DNA of 64,000 nt from Octopus sinensis (lineage: Eukaryota): assembly GCF_006345805.1 (NCBI RefSeq), contig NC_043004.1:31434001-31498000 (forward strand). The letters run 5' to 3'. The notes beneath the pieces are model-generated. The model saw only the letters and a program-made list of their open reading frames with translations, was not told where the DNA came from and ran no database searches. Positions 1 through 14,100 of the stretch are shown here, one piece after another (within the stretch, counting starts at the first letter, position 1; each line of letters starts with the position of its first letter). The position numbers were made by a program, and so were the translations under genes.

Positions 1-1719
1 TTACCTACTTCCAAGGTAATATTTTCCAAGGACCTGACGTTTTTCACAGAGTACTGGGCTGGGGCTAGTTCAGTCCTATTGTACCCAAGGTGCTGCACAA
101 TATGACTGAACCCAAAACCATGTGGTTGTGAAGTGAACTTATTAAGCACACACCTATGCCCTATACCTATAATTACAATTAATTTTACTTACCTCACTCC
201 ACCTAGAGGTCTAGCAATGTTACTATATGTGATATTTCAACATGTCTATCCATCTTCAATGGTCACTATTCCTAGAAGGGTCATAGGGTATTCAGGTACC
301 CACTTCATAGAGTCCTATCAGAAGCAACCATCATTAGGTTGTCCAGCTGGATTCACAAGCTTGAACAGCTGAGACTATAGACATTTTTCAACCATCTCGT
401 TCTTGGTGTACCCCAAGGTCACCTGTTGATTGACTGAACTTGAAGAACCCATATTGTGATTCTTTCTTATTATAATTTAATCACATGTCCATAGTATTAA
501 AGCTGTAATCTCACAATGCAGAAGAGTAGTGGCTTGACCTATAAAGCCTCCCTGAACTCTGGACTACACACCTTGTTGAGTAATCCTGAAACCTTTCAGA
601 GGAACTCGATTTTATCCACAATCATACTCTTTTGGCCATTACCCAACATTCCTGACCATAGATTGCTCCTAAAAAGATGGAATGATCATGGCTGAAGTGC
701 TTGCATACAAAATTTGAAGGATATTTCACTGATATTTCTAACAAATAGAGCAACCACATGGAAGCTCTCTCAAGGCTTTTGAATGGACGTGTTTAACAAG
801 CTGGTGCCTATCTTCTTAGATGAAGATAAGCACAAAAACTCAATCTTTCATCTACTTAATAGATGGAAGATAATCTAAGCTACTTTCAGCCAATGAAGAC
901 TTTCTCTTTTAACAAATGTAATGTCCCTATAGGCCTCAGCCATCTGCTAGTTAAAGCCTTGAGAGAGCTTCAATGTGATTGCTCTACTTGTTAGAAATAG
1001 CAGCCAAATATCCTTCAAATCACACCTGACTGTCTATTAAAGGAAAGAAATTTATAAGATAATGTAGTCCAATATGCTCCTGAATAGATGGTATGGCCGT
1101 GGCTGGAGTGCTTGCAATGTGATTAAACAGCATTCCGCTTGTTAACGAAAGTGAAATAGGGGAAAGATTTTGAAACATTACTATAATCTGAATTATTGTT
1201 ATTATAATTAATATAATAGCAGCAGGCTGGAAGAATCGTTAGCATGTTGTATGAAATGCTTAGCAGTATTCCTTTCAGTTCTTTATGTTCTGAGTTCAAA
1301 TCCTACCAAAGTCAACTTTGCTTTTCATCCTTCAAAGAGTGGAGGGATAAAATAAGTACTGGGGTTGATGTAATCAACTAATCCATTCCTTCTAAAAACT
1401 GCTGGCTTTGTGCCAAAACTTGAAACCAAACAGACTAAAGACCATCTATCCTACACAATGATAAGCTGAGCAAACCGTTATGGCCTGAGATATCTTTTAA
1501 CAGCTGATTAACATTAATAACTCTATTAAGGAAAGGAGAACAGGGATTGTAATATTAATAGGCTAAGTAAATTAGATCTGACCTTTTTTTTTCTTTAATT
1601 AAACAAATAAATACCCATTCCTATCACAAACTATTTTCAAACTCTAGTAAACAAGTAAGTGAACTTTTAAACAAGGATTTACACAATTCATTAAGCTTTA
1701 AGATCTAAAAGTTACAAAC

Positions 1720-1841
1720 CGTAACAACTGGAATTTCCCTGTACAGCCAAGACGGTCGCATGGAAAAATATCCTCCTTTGCGCTACCACAAGACCGATAA
1801 TTGCCAGGACGTTGACAAGATTCCGAGTCACATTTATATAT
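1720..1841 (-). CDS. EIF2S3: eIF2 gamma coding exon 5, Cys-rich zinc-knuckle insert (IYKCDSESCQRPGNYRSCGSAKEDIFPCDRLGCTGKFQLL-R)
   Basis: TTTCAG acceptor, GTTTGT donor, 122 nt, phase 0 to 2. Aligns to IYK..C.RP..YRSCGS...G.F.L.R. The next exon (HVSFVDCPGH) was not found in 1-1719, so the gene continues beyond the left edge. Confidence 0.95.
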
Positions 1842-3645
1842 CTGAAATTTACAGATGTGGATAAAATAAATGGTTCTTTTGAAATGATATATTTTTATAA
1901 ATTAAAAAAATTTATCAAATCAACAGGACAATATAAATGTTTAATAATGAAGAATGATTATTCTTTTACTGGTTTCAGCCAGAAGCTGGGGCCATGCTAG
2001 AGCACCACCTTTCAAATCCTTCATAAACATTTCAACAAAAGTGTCAGGTTCTTTTTTTTTTTTTTTACATCATTGCAAATGTAATTGTATTCATTTTCAG
2101 GTTTAATATAAATGAAGCCGTAATTTTTTTGCTGATAATTTTTGTGCTCCTAACAGCAATGGTGCCTACCCAGGAAGTTAAAATGATTTTTAAATATGAA
2201 TTTAAATTAGAAGACAATGTTATTGAAACAACTATTAACATAGTATTTGAAGAGAACATTATAGAATTGTAAACTATGCAGCATTTGCCTAGTTGTTTTA
2301 AGCCAACTAAAATATTGCACAATTCACAATTTTGTATATAGACATGCAGAACTCTTTACTTATTTCAACCATTGCAAATCCTTATTACTTGTCATGTTAA
2401 TCAGTCATACCAGTCACACACTTGGTTACATGTAGATCACCAATATGTGATATAAACAATACCACTAAACTCACCATTAACCAATCCCTAACTTTCTAAT
2501 CCACTTGTTCTAATTTCTTTAACACATTTTTCAGACGAGTGGGAAATAGAAACCAAATTATATCATACTGTATTGAAAAAATAAGGTGACAGAACAATGT
2601 AATCCCTTACAGATAAAACATAATTATCATGATCTGAACACCATTGATTATAGATCTGACTGATCACATCTGGTCCAGGATAAACAACAACACGACCATT
2701 CAATACTAACAGCAATAACCAACTTATTTTTCCTCCCTCTCTCCCTCCAATACACATAACTATTACATATAATTTAGTATTAGTAGTTGCAATTTCTTAT
2801 TGATCTAATGAAGGGTGCCACCTGAATCATCAGTCTTCACCTCCTTCCCAAAATAAATCCACTTTATTCTCTCACTTTGTAAATTGTTCATATTTACTAT
2901 CTAACCAAACAGACCATCACTAATTTTATCAGCTTCCGTTTCCCTTTGGTACAAAACATTGCTTGCTTTAGTTAAATCTAATCAAAAATTTATACATATA
3001 TATTTCAGGTGTTATTTTAGGGAGGATAATCAATATTACACTACTGAGGCAAAATCTGTAAATTTTATCACTTTATAAGATTTTCAAATGTAAAGTAACA
3101 TTGGCTTATTTTAGTTAAGGCAAGTAATATCTTTAGGTTTGTGTCCTGCAATTATATTTATTTGTTAAGCTACTAGTTTTAGTGATAAACCTGTTCAGAT
3201 AGCATTGATTAATTATTAATATTTGAATATTGAAGATTTATTGTGATATTCCTCCCAGGTTAAAAAAAGAACAGAAAGAGCAAAATGTGACTGTTATAAA
3301 TAATTAGAAAATACAATACAACTTTATTAACTATTAAACTCATAGATTGCTTATTTATAGCATTAGTATATTTCAATTTGAGATTTGATCATCATTAGTT
3401 GTGTAACATAATCTCAGACAAGATTTGAACTGGGGAACATTATTTCTAACTTAAGTCTAATAACATTCTTAACCATAGACTTAGAGTGACAATTTATGTC
3501 AGATATTTAAACAAGCTCCATTCAAAAACCTTAATGTAAATGGTGGTAATTTTAAAGTAATTTACTTCAAATTCATTTTTAAAAAAAGCTAATTTTATAT
3601 TAAAAAAAAAAACCTCTACTATAGCCATAATAGAGATGAACTGAC

Positions 3646-3711
3646 CTTAGCATTAGCATATCCTAATTTGATGGTAATGTTCCTTTCTAATTCATTTTTA
3701 AAACGAACAGT
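3646..3711 (-). CDS. EIF2S3: eIF2 gamma coding exon 4, switch I ([22 protein letters not shown])
   Basis: TTTTTTCAG acceptor, GTCAGT donor, 66 nt. The peptide matches the conserved eIF2 gamma sequence and is visible inside track ORF 3619..3954. Confidence 0.97.
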
Positions 3712-3899
3712 CTGAAAAAAAAAAAGTGTGTAAAGTAACAACAATGGACAACAATAATTTTTGTTGAACATGGGGAAAATAAAATTACAGCAAACTAAAG
3801 ATAGATGATACAAAGGTAAATATATATAAGTCAGAAAAGTGGACGGTAAATCATTTAAGATAATGCTAACTTCCATGTGCTTAGTCAGCTTATAGCATA

Positions 3900-4210
3900 T
3901 TCTTGTATGGTCCAATTTGTGGTGATGTTCATCCATTGTTGTCGATGATGACAAAGGACATCACATGGAAGAAGATGGGTTGCAGTGCATCAAGTTGTAG
4001 CTGATCAGGCCAATGGGTGCTCTGAAGGTTCTGCCACAAGTCGGGCATAGGTGGTCTGCTGGGAATGAAGGTAAGGAGTTGGTTCTGGATTTGCACAGCT
4101 CATGTTTTTTTTCTTTGTGCTCTTGTAAACCTATTCTGTCTGTAGGGGGTGACACCTCTGTTTGTGATAATATTTACTGCAATGAATTGACGAGCATTTC
4201 AATAAGAACC
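3900..4210 (-). mobile_element. RTE-clade LINE 3' fragment
   Basis: ORF 3961..4155 encodes CPTCGRTFRAPIGLISY...H, the C-terminal C2H2-like finger typical of RTE/BovB-type ORFs. Confidence 0.7.
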
Positions 4211-4816
4211 ACTTTGTTTAAGAATTATAATTTGGACTTCACAGAGGCAATGACAAGTGACTGACACCTTGGCGATATGCTGTGCTTGAGAAGACTTGTT
4301 GAGCCAAGTAAAACTGTAGTCATGGCCATTGCCAGTGTAATAGTCATGTAAATGGCACCCATGAAATTGTAGCGATGGCTATTGCTGGTGTCATGTGGCA
4401 TGTAAAAAGCACTCATTAAACTCTTGGAGTGGTTGGAGGTAGGCAGACTAGAACCTGGTGCAGCTCTCTGGCTTACCAGTTTCAATCAAACTATCTAACC
4501 CATGCCAGCATGGAAAGCGGACATCAAATGATGATGTAATTAGCGTAGTTTCTGATGTTTTTAATAGACACATTAGAAATATTAATAGAGAGAAGGAGAG
4601 TGAGCAGTCAGTGGTATATGTGGTGTCTTACTACTATAGGAATTAATAGTCTCAATGGATTGCTACAACATAGAAGCCATCAGTGAAAATTGTGTACATG
4701 GGGTATAACTACAACAGGAATGCATGCTATTTAGTGATCTTGGTTTTGGCCATTTTATATTACCAGTGTTGTTGCCGAAAACCAGAAAAAGGTTAAAAAA
4801 AAAATGACTATCATAC

Positions 4817-4878
4817 CTGAACACCTGAGATTGCTTTTACAGCTGTTGATTTGCCATGAGCTACATGCCCAATAGTGC
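4817..4878 (-). CDS. EIF2S3: eIF2 gamma coding exon 3, P-loop (GTIGHVAHGKSTAVKAISGVQ)
   Basis: TTTCAG acceptor, GTATGA donor, 62 nt, phase 1 to 0. Carries the GHVAHGKST G1 motif diagnostic of eIF2 gamma. Confidence 0.97.
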
Positions 4879-5501
4879 CTGAAATCAGAAGGTCGACAAA
4901 TATAATTAAATATACTGCTATTCAAAATGAAAAGAATTTATTTTTGCTTTGCTTTTTTTCTTAAATTATTAAATAAATTACAAACAATTATTGATAAGAT
5001 GGGCAATAAGAAGTAGAAGTTACCTTATGACATGTATAAATATCTAAATCAACTCAAGAAAAGCACCCAAGAAAGAATTGGGGCAACATTCAATTTGAAT
5101 TTTAAAAAGTTATCTTTAGATGAAAAATGGTAGACATAATGGAATAGACAAATGTTTGAATATCTCTTCTCCATGGAAATTTCAGGAACTGTTGAGGAAG
5201 TATAACAATAGGAAATGTACTAATCTAAAGGAGCTTGAAATATTAAATAGAAATCAGTCAAAATAAGTGATAGAGCCATTAATTAAAATGAAACTCATCA
5301 ACAAAATATATTTAATTTTAAAACCTAATTTTTAATGTTAAAGTTTGTGTTTACTAATAAGACCACAAAAATAGACTGAAGGGCTAAGGGAAAGACTAGA
5401 GAACTAATGCTTCTATTGAATACAGAGTTTGCTATCAATAAAACTTATAAAATAACAAAAATTTTTAATGGGAACTGAATGTTCAAATCACAGAAACTTA
5501 C

Positions 5502-5565
5502 CAATATTTATTGTTGCTTGTCGACTGATAACTTCTGGACTGAGAGCAGTCAAAGTGTCAACATT
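5502..5565 (-). CDS. EIF2S3: eIF2 gamma coding exon 2 (NVDTLTALSPEVISRQATINI-G)
   Basis: TTTTAG acceptor, GTAAGT donor, 64 nt, phase 0 to 1. Contains the invariant EVISRQATINIG motif. Confidence 0.97.
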
Positions 5566-8500
5566 CTAAAAGATAACAAATTGTTAGAGGCTTAGCTCAT
5601 TATAAACATAGGCAATTCAAATATTGATTTTGTCAATTATATATTCAAACAGAAACACTAGAATTACTGAAAGTTTTCACTGAAGTCATTCCTAACCAGA
5701 AACTTATAAACATTTGTATGTTACATCATTGGTTATATCTTTATTTATATCAGATCAGTTTCATTTTACCCTTTTGATACCAACCCAGCTGAGATTGCCC
5801 TGGTTTAATGAAACACAGTTCTTGGTTTTAAACAATTTAAATCAAAACTTCATCTTAATTTATATTTCAAACAGATGAATGACAAAATTATTTTACTAAA
5901 TTCTTCATTATTTAAAAATTCAATGAAATACAGGCGGTGTATTTCAGTAGAAATATGGTAACAAAAGGGTAGAATTAAAGGATGACAGCATTAAAAGTGT
6001 CTATTGTTATATTATGTCCATAACTGAACTACTACTTTCGGACCTAGTTCATTTAGGTCAGAGAATAGTACCAACTCAGCATCACTATCATCATCATAAT
6101 CATTTAACGTCCATCTTCCATGCATGCATGGGTAGGACAGTTGACAGGAGCCAGCCTGGTAGGAAAACTACCCTAGGCTATTCTGTCTGTTTTGGCAGGG
6201 ATTTTACAGCAGAGAGGCAGAAATAGGTGTCTTGCTGTAGAGGAGGTACATGGTTACCAAGTGAGAGAGAGAGACAGAGTAAGAGAGAGGTACAAGAAAG
6301 AGGCCAGAAACAAGTGTGATGTAAAGGAGATACTTGGTTACCTAGTCAAAGGAAAAACATTATGCTACTATCATCTCTGATGGTTGGTCCCTCAACTGGT
6401 TCAATATTTGAAAGACTCTCCTTCTCCCAGTCATTCTCCACATTTAGCAACTTTTCATAACGGCATCTCCACACATCTTTCTTCTCTGAGTCACTAAGTG
6501 CAAGCATACCATTATCCATTCACACACATTTCTCACCCATCATGTCTTTATTTTCTCTGATACACTACTTTACAATCCTGAACACCTCATGTCTGTAGTG
6601 TTTAGTGAGGTTACTGTGTAGACTTGTAACAGATCTGAACTAAGTGCTCACACAGCTATTATATTACAGCCAACTCTACTGCAATCACACAAAAGTGAGT
6701 TCAATGCAAATGGATTTAAATTAAGCTCAAAACATTATATCAAACAGAAAATGTCAAAAATTGTTCTGTTTTTCCCAGGTTAACAGAAGGACTAAAATTT
6801 TCTTTTTATTCAGATTTGTGATGAAGATTGGCCATGTTGTTGCACAACATTGTTTCTTTGATATAGATGTGTTCAAATGGCCATATAATTAAAACATGAA
6901 ACTAGTTATTCCATAGAGTCAGTAATGAGATTCATTACTTCCTGCGTTCCAAGATGTCAATCTATTAAATGAACGATCATGCCACTAACAAAGACAATTC
7001 ATTTTTTAAGAGTTCACAGTCCTGAGTTCAAATCCTGCAAAAACACTTAACAGAATGGTTTTCTGTTAAAGAAAAATGTGAAAATGCACCTCAAAGCTAA
7101 ACATCAACTACTTGGCAACATACATGGCAATCTATAATGAAAGACAGTTCATATTGTCAATACTCCCAGAGCCTCTCGTCAACAAAACAAATATTTCCAT
7201 TTCCCATCTCAATAGTGATGCAGTTGTATTATTACAAGTTATAAATACCAAATGATTTACAACTTTTTCAAGTACTTGTTTTTAATAGAAATGTTACTAA
7301 AATTTTAAGTGTTTTACATAATATTTTCAAAAATGTTGGAGTTTATTTTTGAATAATAAAATCTTAATTATGAGAAATATACTCTGCCCATTCATGTTTT
7401 GGCTATCTGTTGCAGTTAAGAACTAGTAATCATTAACTAAGGTGTGTAGAACTGAAAGATTTAGTAGATATCAATGAATGGTCATATACATAGTGCAGTA
7501 GAAAAGCCACCCACATTTTACACAGCCATTGGTGTGGTGCTGTGACAGTTAGGCAAGTGGTAACAGTATCTTGTTGTGGATAATATTTGACCTCTCTTTT
7601 TTTTAGCTACCATCGCTGTTGAAATGGTCATCAACTTGTAAAATATAGGAGGATTATTTGACACTTCATCCTGTCAGCCTCCATACATCCCAAATCTGTG
7701 AGACTGGCAATAAATTAGTATAAAGAAAATGAATAGAAGATTCCACTATATTAGGAAAGGAAAATATATCTATGTTGATTTCAATACTCTTTAAGTTTAC
7801 ATAACAAAATCTAAAAAAAAATGGAGAATTTTAATATTATTGATAATTTTTTTAGTCATTAGTTTCGAAAAGAAAATAAGCATCCAAATATGTACAAAAA
7901 ATCCCTTTTGTGTTGTTTTGTCAAATTTTCAAGTAGAATAAAAGATCATTTTTATGGTTGTGTGGTTATGAAACTTGCTAGCCAAGCATGTGGTTTTGGA
8001 TTCAGTCCCACCGGATTGTTATCTGCTATAACCATGGGCCAATCAAAGCTTTGTGAGTGGGTTTGATAGATGGAAACTGAAAGCTCAGTGTGTGTGTGTG
8101 TGTGTGTGTGTGAGTGTGTATGCGCCCTTGTCTAGACATTGTACAACAGTAGTAAACAAGCATTGTTCATTTCCAGTCCTCTCTGAAAACACATTTGGCC
8201 ATGGAAAAATATTACCTTGCTTGGAAACAGATAGGGATGGCAATACAATAGGCATCCAGATGGGGAAAATCTGACTCAGTGAATCCATGCAAGCATGGAA
8301 AAGTGGACATTAAAAAGATGATGATGATAGTTGATAGCACTGACTGTTACTTATTTTAGCAATGACAGAAGTTATGAGAAGCCAAGTTGTTGCAATCCAT
8401 AATTTCATGAAGTCAATATCCAACTGCAGAAGTTGTTGATTAATGAAGTCATTTCATTCACCTTTATGACAAGCCCCTACATACATGGGACTTTTGTGAT

Positions 8501-10942
8501 CTCTGGTAATTCTACAGTTAGTAATTACAAGATAACTATAGAATATTCAATACTAGTCTTACACAACTAAATATAAAAAAACAAAAACCCATTAATTAAC
8601 AACACAAAAAAACATCAAAATGAAGTAGTGATAGTTATTAGATCATATTATTCAAATAGGCAACCAAAGTGTTAATTCTTTCTGGTCTGTCTCGAACTGA
8701 GACTACATCACACTTCCTGATATCAAATTAAATTAGGATACAAGAGTAAGAGAGAATTTCAATCACTAGCATCTTTTCAACTTAATGGGTCATTTTCTGG
8801 ATGATAATCAAACTTTTTTTTCTAACAGATAGAACAGCTGATATTCCCAGAGCTTAATTGTAATTGGTTAAATATTAGTTCACAGCTAATTGCATCTTTA
8901 ACATTCTAAAAGGCAAAAAAGCTAATCAATATTCATTAACACAAGAACGCAGCAAGCTGGCAGAATCATTATCATGCCAGGCAAATGCTTAGCGGCATTT
9001 CGTCCGTCTTTACATTCTGAGTTCAAATTCCATCATGGTCAACTTTGCCTTTCAAGGCTGATAAAATAAGTACCAGTTGCACATGGTGTGGTCCTCCCAC
9101 CACTCACCAATATAATCAACTTACCCCCACCCACAAAATTGCTGGCCTTGTGCCAAAATCTGAAACCAATATTCTTGTCCCATTGTCTTATCATCCTATA
9201 AATTTTGAAAATTTGTCAAATGTTATTGAATTTCAGATCAACAGTGCAACAACTGAACTCAAAACGACAGTTCATTGCCTTGAAGAGTTTTGGTCAAATG
9301 AATCAACCCCAGTACTTATTTCTTTTTTCAACCATTACTTATTCTCTGGGTCTGTTTTGATGAACCACTAAGTCACAGGGATGTAAACAAACCAATAGTG
9401 GTTGCCAAGTGGCAGCGGTGGTGGTGGGCAAACAGAAACACAAAGACACATGCACATAGATATGTATATATACGAAAGATTCTTTCAGCTCCATCTACCA
9501 AAATCCACTCACAAGGCTCTGGTCAACGCATGGTTTTAGTAGATAACATTTGTCCAGGGTGCCACATAGTGGGACTGAAACCAAAACAATGTGGTTGGGA
9601 AGCAAACTTTCCTACTCTCTATCTGTCACTACCAATCAATCCCCCTCTATGTATTTACCATACTCTTTGAAATTCACTTTCTATATATATGTATTAACTC
9701 TCATGCATTGCTTTTGTAGCAATATCGTCTCTCATTGCTATCTTCACTGTTTGAGAAGAGTATTAAGAATGACCTCGGTCGAGATTACAAACAGCTTTGG
9801 CTAGTTCAACACTGTTGTAAACACTAATTCGATTAGCTGACACGTTGGTCTCTACTACGCTCGCACCGCTGGTTATAACTTGGCGCAAAATGTCTCGACT
9901 TATTTTCGCGCCATAGTTCCAAGCAGCCAATCACAGCTTTCCATTTCTGAAGTTCATTGGGAGCCATGTAAAGCTTATAAAAGAAGGTTTCTCAAACAAA
10001 TATTCGTCTTAGGTTTCCAGTCCTTCTCGGGGCGAACCTCTGACCACACAAGAGCTTGTCTTAGGCTTTTAGTTCTTTTAAGAGCTAAGTCTCTGACCAC
10101 ACAGAGAATACTCGACCAAGTTCCAGTTCGAAAGGCAGGCGACCACCATTAACACAAGATGTTACAGATACCTCTTATACTGTTAGTGTGAAATATCACC
10201 ATGAAGAACGGTTACAAGATATCTATAACTAGAGAAAAATAACCAAGCAGAAAATAATGAAGAAGCAACAAGAACCAATCGACAAACATCGAAGATTTAA
10301 TTTGTACACGAGACAACTACAGATTCAGCTATAGCAGTTAGGTGAAATTCTCGCCACAGAAAAAACGGCTACAGTAACATATCTGGAAGTATGTTCATAT
10401 CAAGAGAAAGATAAACACGAGTGATTCAATTAATCTCAACTGCGATACGCAATATCTTGATATGGAAGTCTGACGCTGTACCTCATAAACGGTAAATCAA
10501 TTATCTGTTCTTGGGTTCTAGTTTCTTCTAAGAACTACCTTAAGCCATCTGTTATTACCTGTTGCCAGGCCGATACCAACAACATGAACTGTGAATCAAA
10601 CTCCATCGTCATTTCACTGGTCAGTACCTTTTTACGCCTAACGAACACACAGACACAAAAACATGCTAATGCTTACGAACTCTTAGAATCCACATGATTG
10701 TAAAATATGTAAAATAAATAATGTATATAGCTTAAAAAGAAATCTTGTTGTCATTCCAAACTTATGTGTATTAAGAATGGGATCGCGTGCGACTGAAACT
10801 TATACGGTACGACCAAGCGTGATCCTATTGTTATACTTTCATTTTCTTTAAAACCTCTGTCTTCTAATGTTTACCTTCATCTTATGACAGCTATTACACA
10901 CAAATCTTGCTTTCTGAATGGGTGAAAATAATCAACCTTTAA

Positions 10943-11165
10943 CCCTTTAGTGTTTTAACCGGCCATATCCGGCCCAAATATTCTATATGTTTTATATTCA
11001 AACTGGCAATATCTAGCCTTTCACACCTAACCTACAATGCCATTCTAAAAATAAACAATCACATCATTGAAACCTCAAAGCTATAAGATAATGCTTGATT
11101 AATTCAAAACAATTTGAATTTTAAAAATATTACATTTAACAGTGTAATGTGAACACTAAAAAGGG
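10943..11165. mobile_element. piggyBac-derived MITE
   Basis: TTAA|CCCTTTAGTGTT ... ACACTAAAAGGG|TTAA: CCC/GGG termini with a perfect TTAA TSD. Confidence 0.75.
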
Positions 11166-14100
11166 TTAAACCTCTGTAATATTTTTCTAAACTCTTTTCT
11201 GAAATAAATGAATTACAAACTCGGATTCAGCATTTGGAAATTTTCACTTAGTATAAAAATTTCAAAATCTGTGATAGCAACAGAAAAGATTTGTCTCTAT
11301 TTGTCTATCTCTTCCATTTTTTTCATGGTAAACTTTCTCACTCTCTATAAAAGTAGATCGCTCATGCTACATGCACTTGTTAGAATGTGTAAGGAATTTT
11401 ATTAGGACAACAGAATGATTTAAAAAGATAATTTATTTTAATAGCATACTTTTCTGTTAGTAAATATATTTTTTCTTACACACACACATGGACTGCCTTG
11501 ATGCAGGGGGTTAAAGATTTAAGTAACAAATTTTTTGTTGTTGTTGCTTAAATCCCAACAATGAACCACAGCATCATCATTCCATAGAATGTGTTTATGA
11601 GGAGAAAAATATTCTTTTCTACTCCAGGCACTGAAATTTTGGAGGAAGGGGGTTAGTTGATTAGATCAACCTCAGTACGCAACTGGTACTTAATTTATTG
11701 ACCCCGAAAGGATGAAAGACAAAATTGACCTTGTCAGAATTTCAAATGCGGAGAAAAATATTGAAAAACATCAATACACGTCAGTGTGACAAAGAAATAA
11801 AGAAGGTACCAGCTGGTTGTGGATGTGCAAGAAACAACAGCTAAATCTCCCTTAAATCACACATTTTTTCATCTGAAAATTATTTTTGAAATTTTTTAAC
11901 AGAAGTAAAATGCAGATTTGAACTGTCTGTACTTTAAAATTATAATTAAAAACAATTAAAAAACAAAAGGAAAAAGTTTAGGGTTTAAGTATGGGGTGGG
12001 TTAATGAAAAGATTTTTTTAAAATTTCACTATTGTTTCTAAATTACACTTCATTTTCTGTTTGAAAATAAAGGAAGCTGGGATTCTAATGGTGATCACTA
12101 ATTTCCAAAATTTTTTAAACTTTCAAGGCTTCTTCCATCATTTTTAAGAGTGTAGTGCAAAAGAACATTAGCCCAAAATTGATACTACTAAGTGTGGAGA
12201 GGAGGAGGAAGGGTTGAAAAATAAAAAAAAAAAATTTCAAAATCCTTTTTTTTTTTACCATGACAGTGTCTCTCATTATTTCTAAGTGTGTAGTACAAAA
12301 AGACATTGGGCAACATGATCCCAGAAATGGAGATTCATAAATTTTCGAATTTTCCCAAACTATTTTTTTTTTAAATTTAAAAAAAAACTACTCTCATTAT
12401 TTGCAAGTGCGGTGAAAACAAAATTTTTTAAATCCCTGTCAAAACAGAGAAAATCCAATTTATGTGGGTGTGCTATTCCGAAAGTCCACCAGGGCATTCT
12501 ATTGTAAAAATTAACTGGCAACAACGATATACGCAGCCACTGTGTATATAATCAACATCATTTAATGTCCGTATTCCACGCTAGCATGAATGGGATGGTA
12601 CCACAAAAGCTGGCCATATATACATATATATGCCACCATCTATCTCTCTCTTCTCTTACTCAAATCATCCATCCTTTGTGAATATGCCAGGTACACTGTC
12701 ACTATCCCCATCCTGCTCTTCCCTCAGTGTGGGTAACCATGTACTTCTTTATGGCAGTTCACTTGTTTCTGCCCTGACTCCTGACTCCTGATCTCTCTCT
12801 CTCTCTCTCCAGCCAAGTAACCTTGTACCTCCTCTAAAGCAACACACCCATTTCTGTCTCTCTGTCTCACTATAACCTTTCATCATCTGACCCAAGATCA
12901 CCTCCTCCAATGCCCCCTTCTCTCTCAAAAGATTTTTGTCTTGCAAGTTACTTGGTGACCCTGTCAGTGCAGGTTTCACTTAAAAAGCATCCAGTCCACA
13001 CTGTAAAGTGGTTGACATTTGGAAGGGCATTCAGCTGTAAAAGCCTTGCCAAAACTAACCTCACCTGTACTAGTACCATGTAAAAAGCACAAAGTCCACT
13101 CTGTTGGGTTGATGTTAAGAAGAGTATCCAGCTGTAAAAACCCTGCCAAAACAGACATAGTAGTGCAGGTCACTGCCTTGCCAGCTCCTGTCAAACCGTC
13201 CCACCCATGTCAGCATGGAAGGCAGACATTATACAATGATGATGATATATTAGTTATAGGATTCATCAGAATCTAGGCACATCAACACAAAGAAATGGTT
13301 AGGTGCAATAACATAGGGTTCACAGTGAGGTAAAACAATATCCAATATGTTGGTTGCATTTGTCATCATCAAAGTTAAACCTATTTAAAATTTTACCTGA
13401 AGATTTTTCACCATGATGAAATCTTATGAATACATCAATTAAATTTTACTGAAACAGCTGGCATAAATTTTAAACCCCATTTGTGTTCTTTATGTGTATG
13501 TGTGTGTACATATACACATATATGCGCACACACACACACACATATATATATCAACATCATTTAGTGTCTGTTGCCCATGCTGGCATGGTTTCTACAGCTG
13601 GACGTCCTTCCTAACGCCAACCATTCTGGGGGTATATTGGGTGCTTTTGTGTCATTTGCGTGACACCAAAATCTGCTATGATTGTGATTTTACTTGGCTT
13701 GATGGGTCTTCTCAAGCACAGCATAATGCCAAGATCTCGCTCATTCGTCATTGCCTCCGTGAGGCCCAACACTTGAAAGAAACTTTACACACACAACAGG
13801 TTTTTGTCCGCCAAATTCACATGCAAGGTCAACCAGGGGCTATAGTACAAGATGCTTGCCCAAGGTGCTATGAAACTGGACTGAACCTGAAACCAAGTAG
13901 TCGCAAAGCAAACTTCTTAACCACACAGCCATTCCTACACCTATAAAATAGAAAAATTTTTAATATTCTGATATTTGTCTAAGGGAACTGAGGGGTCATC
14001 CACACTTTTGTTTCAATGAACCCTAGATATTTTTTGTCGTTATTTAGTCAATATACATCAACATTTTTTACATCTTGACTAGATAGTATATCATCATAAA

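Noticed and set aside
5563-5565. A-to-I recoding of AAT (N) to GAT (D) to restore the human residue at the start of eIF2-gamma exon 2
   Set aside because: The position is in a variable segment and DNA alone gives no evidence of editing.
13494-13946. 150-aa ORF, and similar ORFs at 23417..23815, 49922..50245, 50782..51009 and 17583..17870
   Set aside because: These are translations of microsatellites, SINEs or the tandem repeat, with low complexity and no protein motifs.
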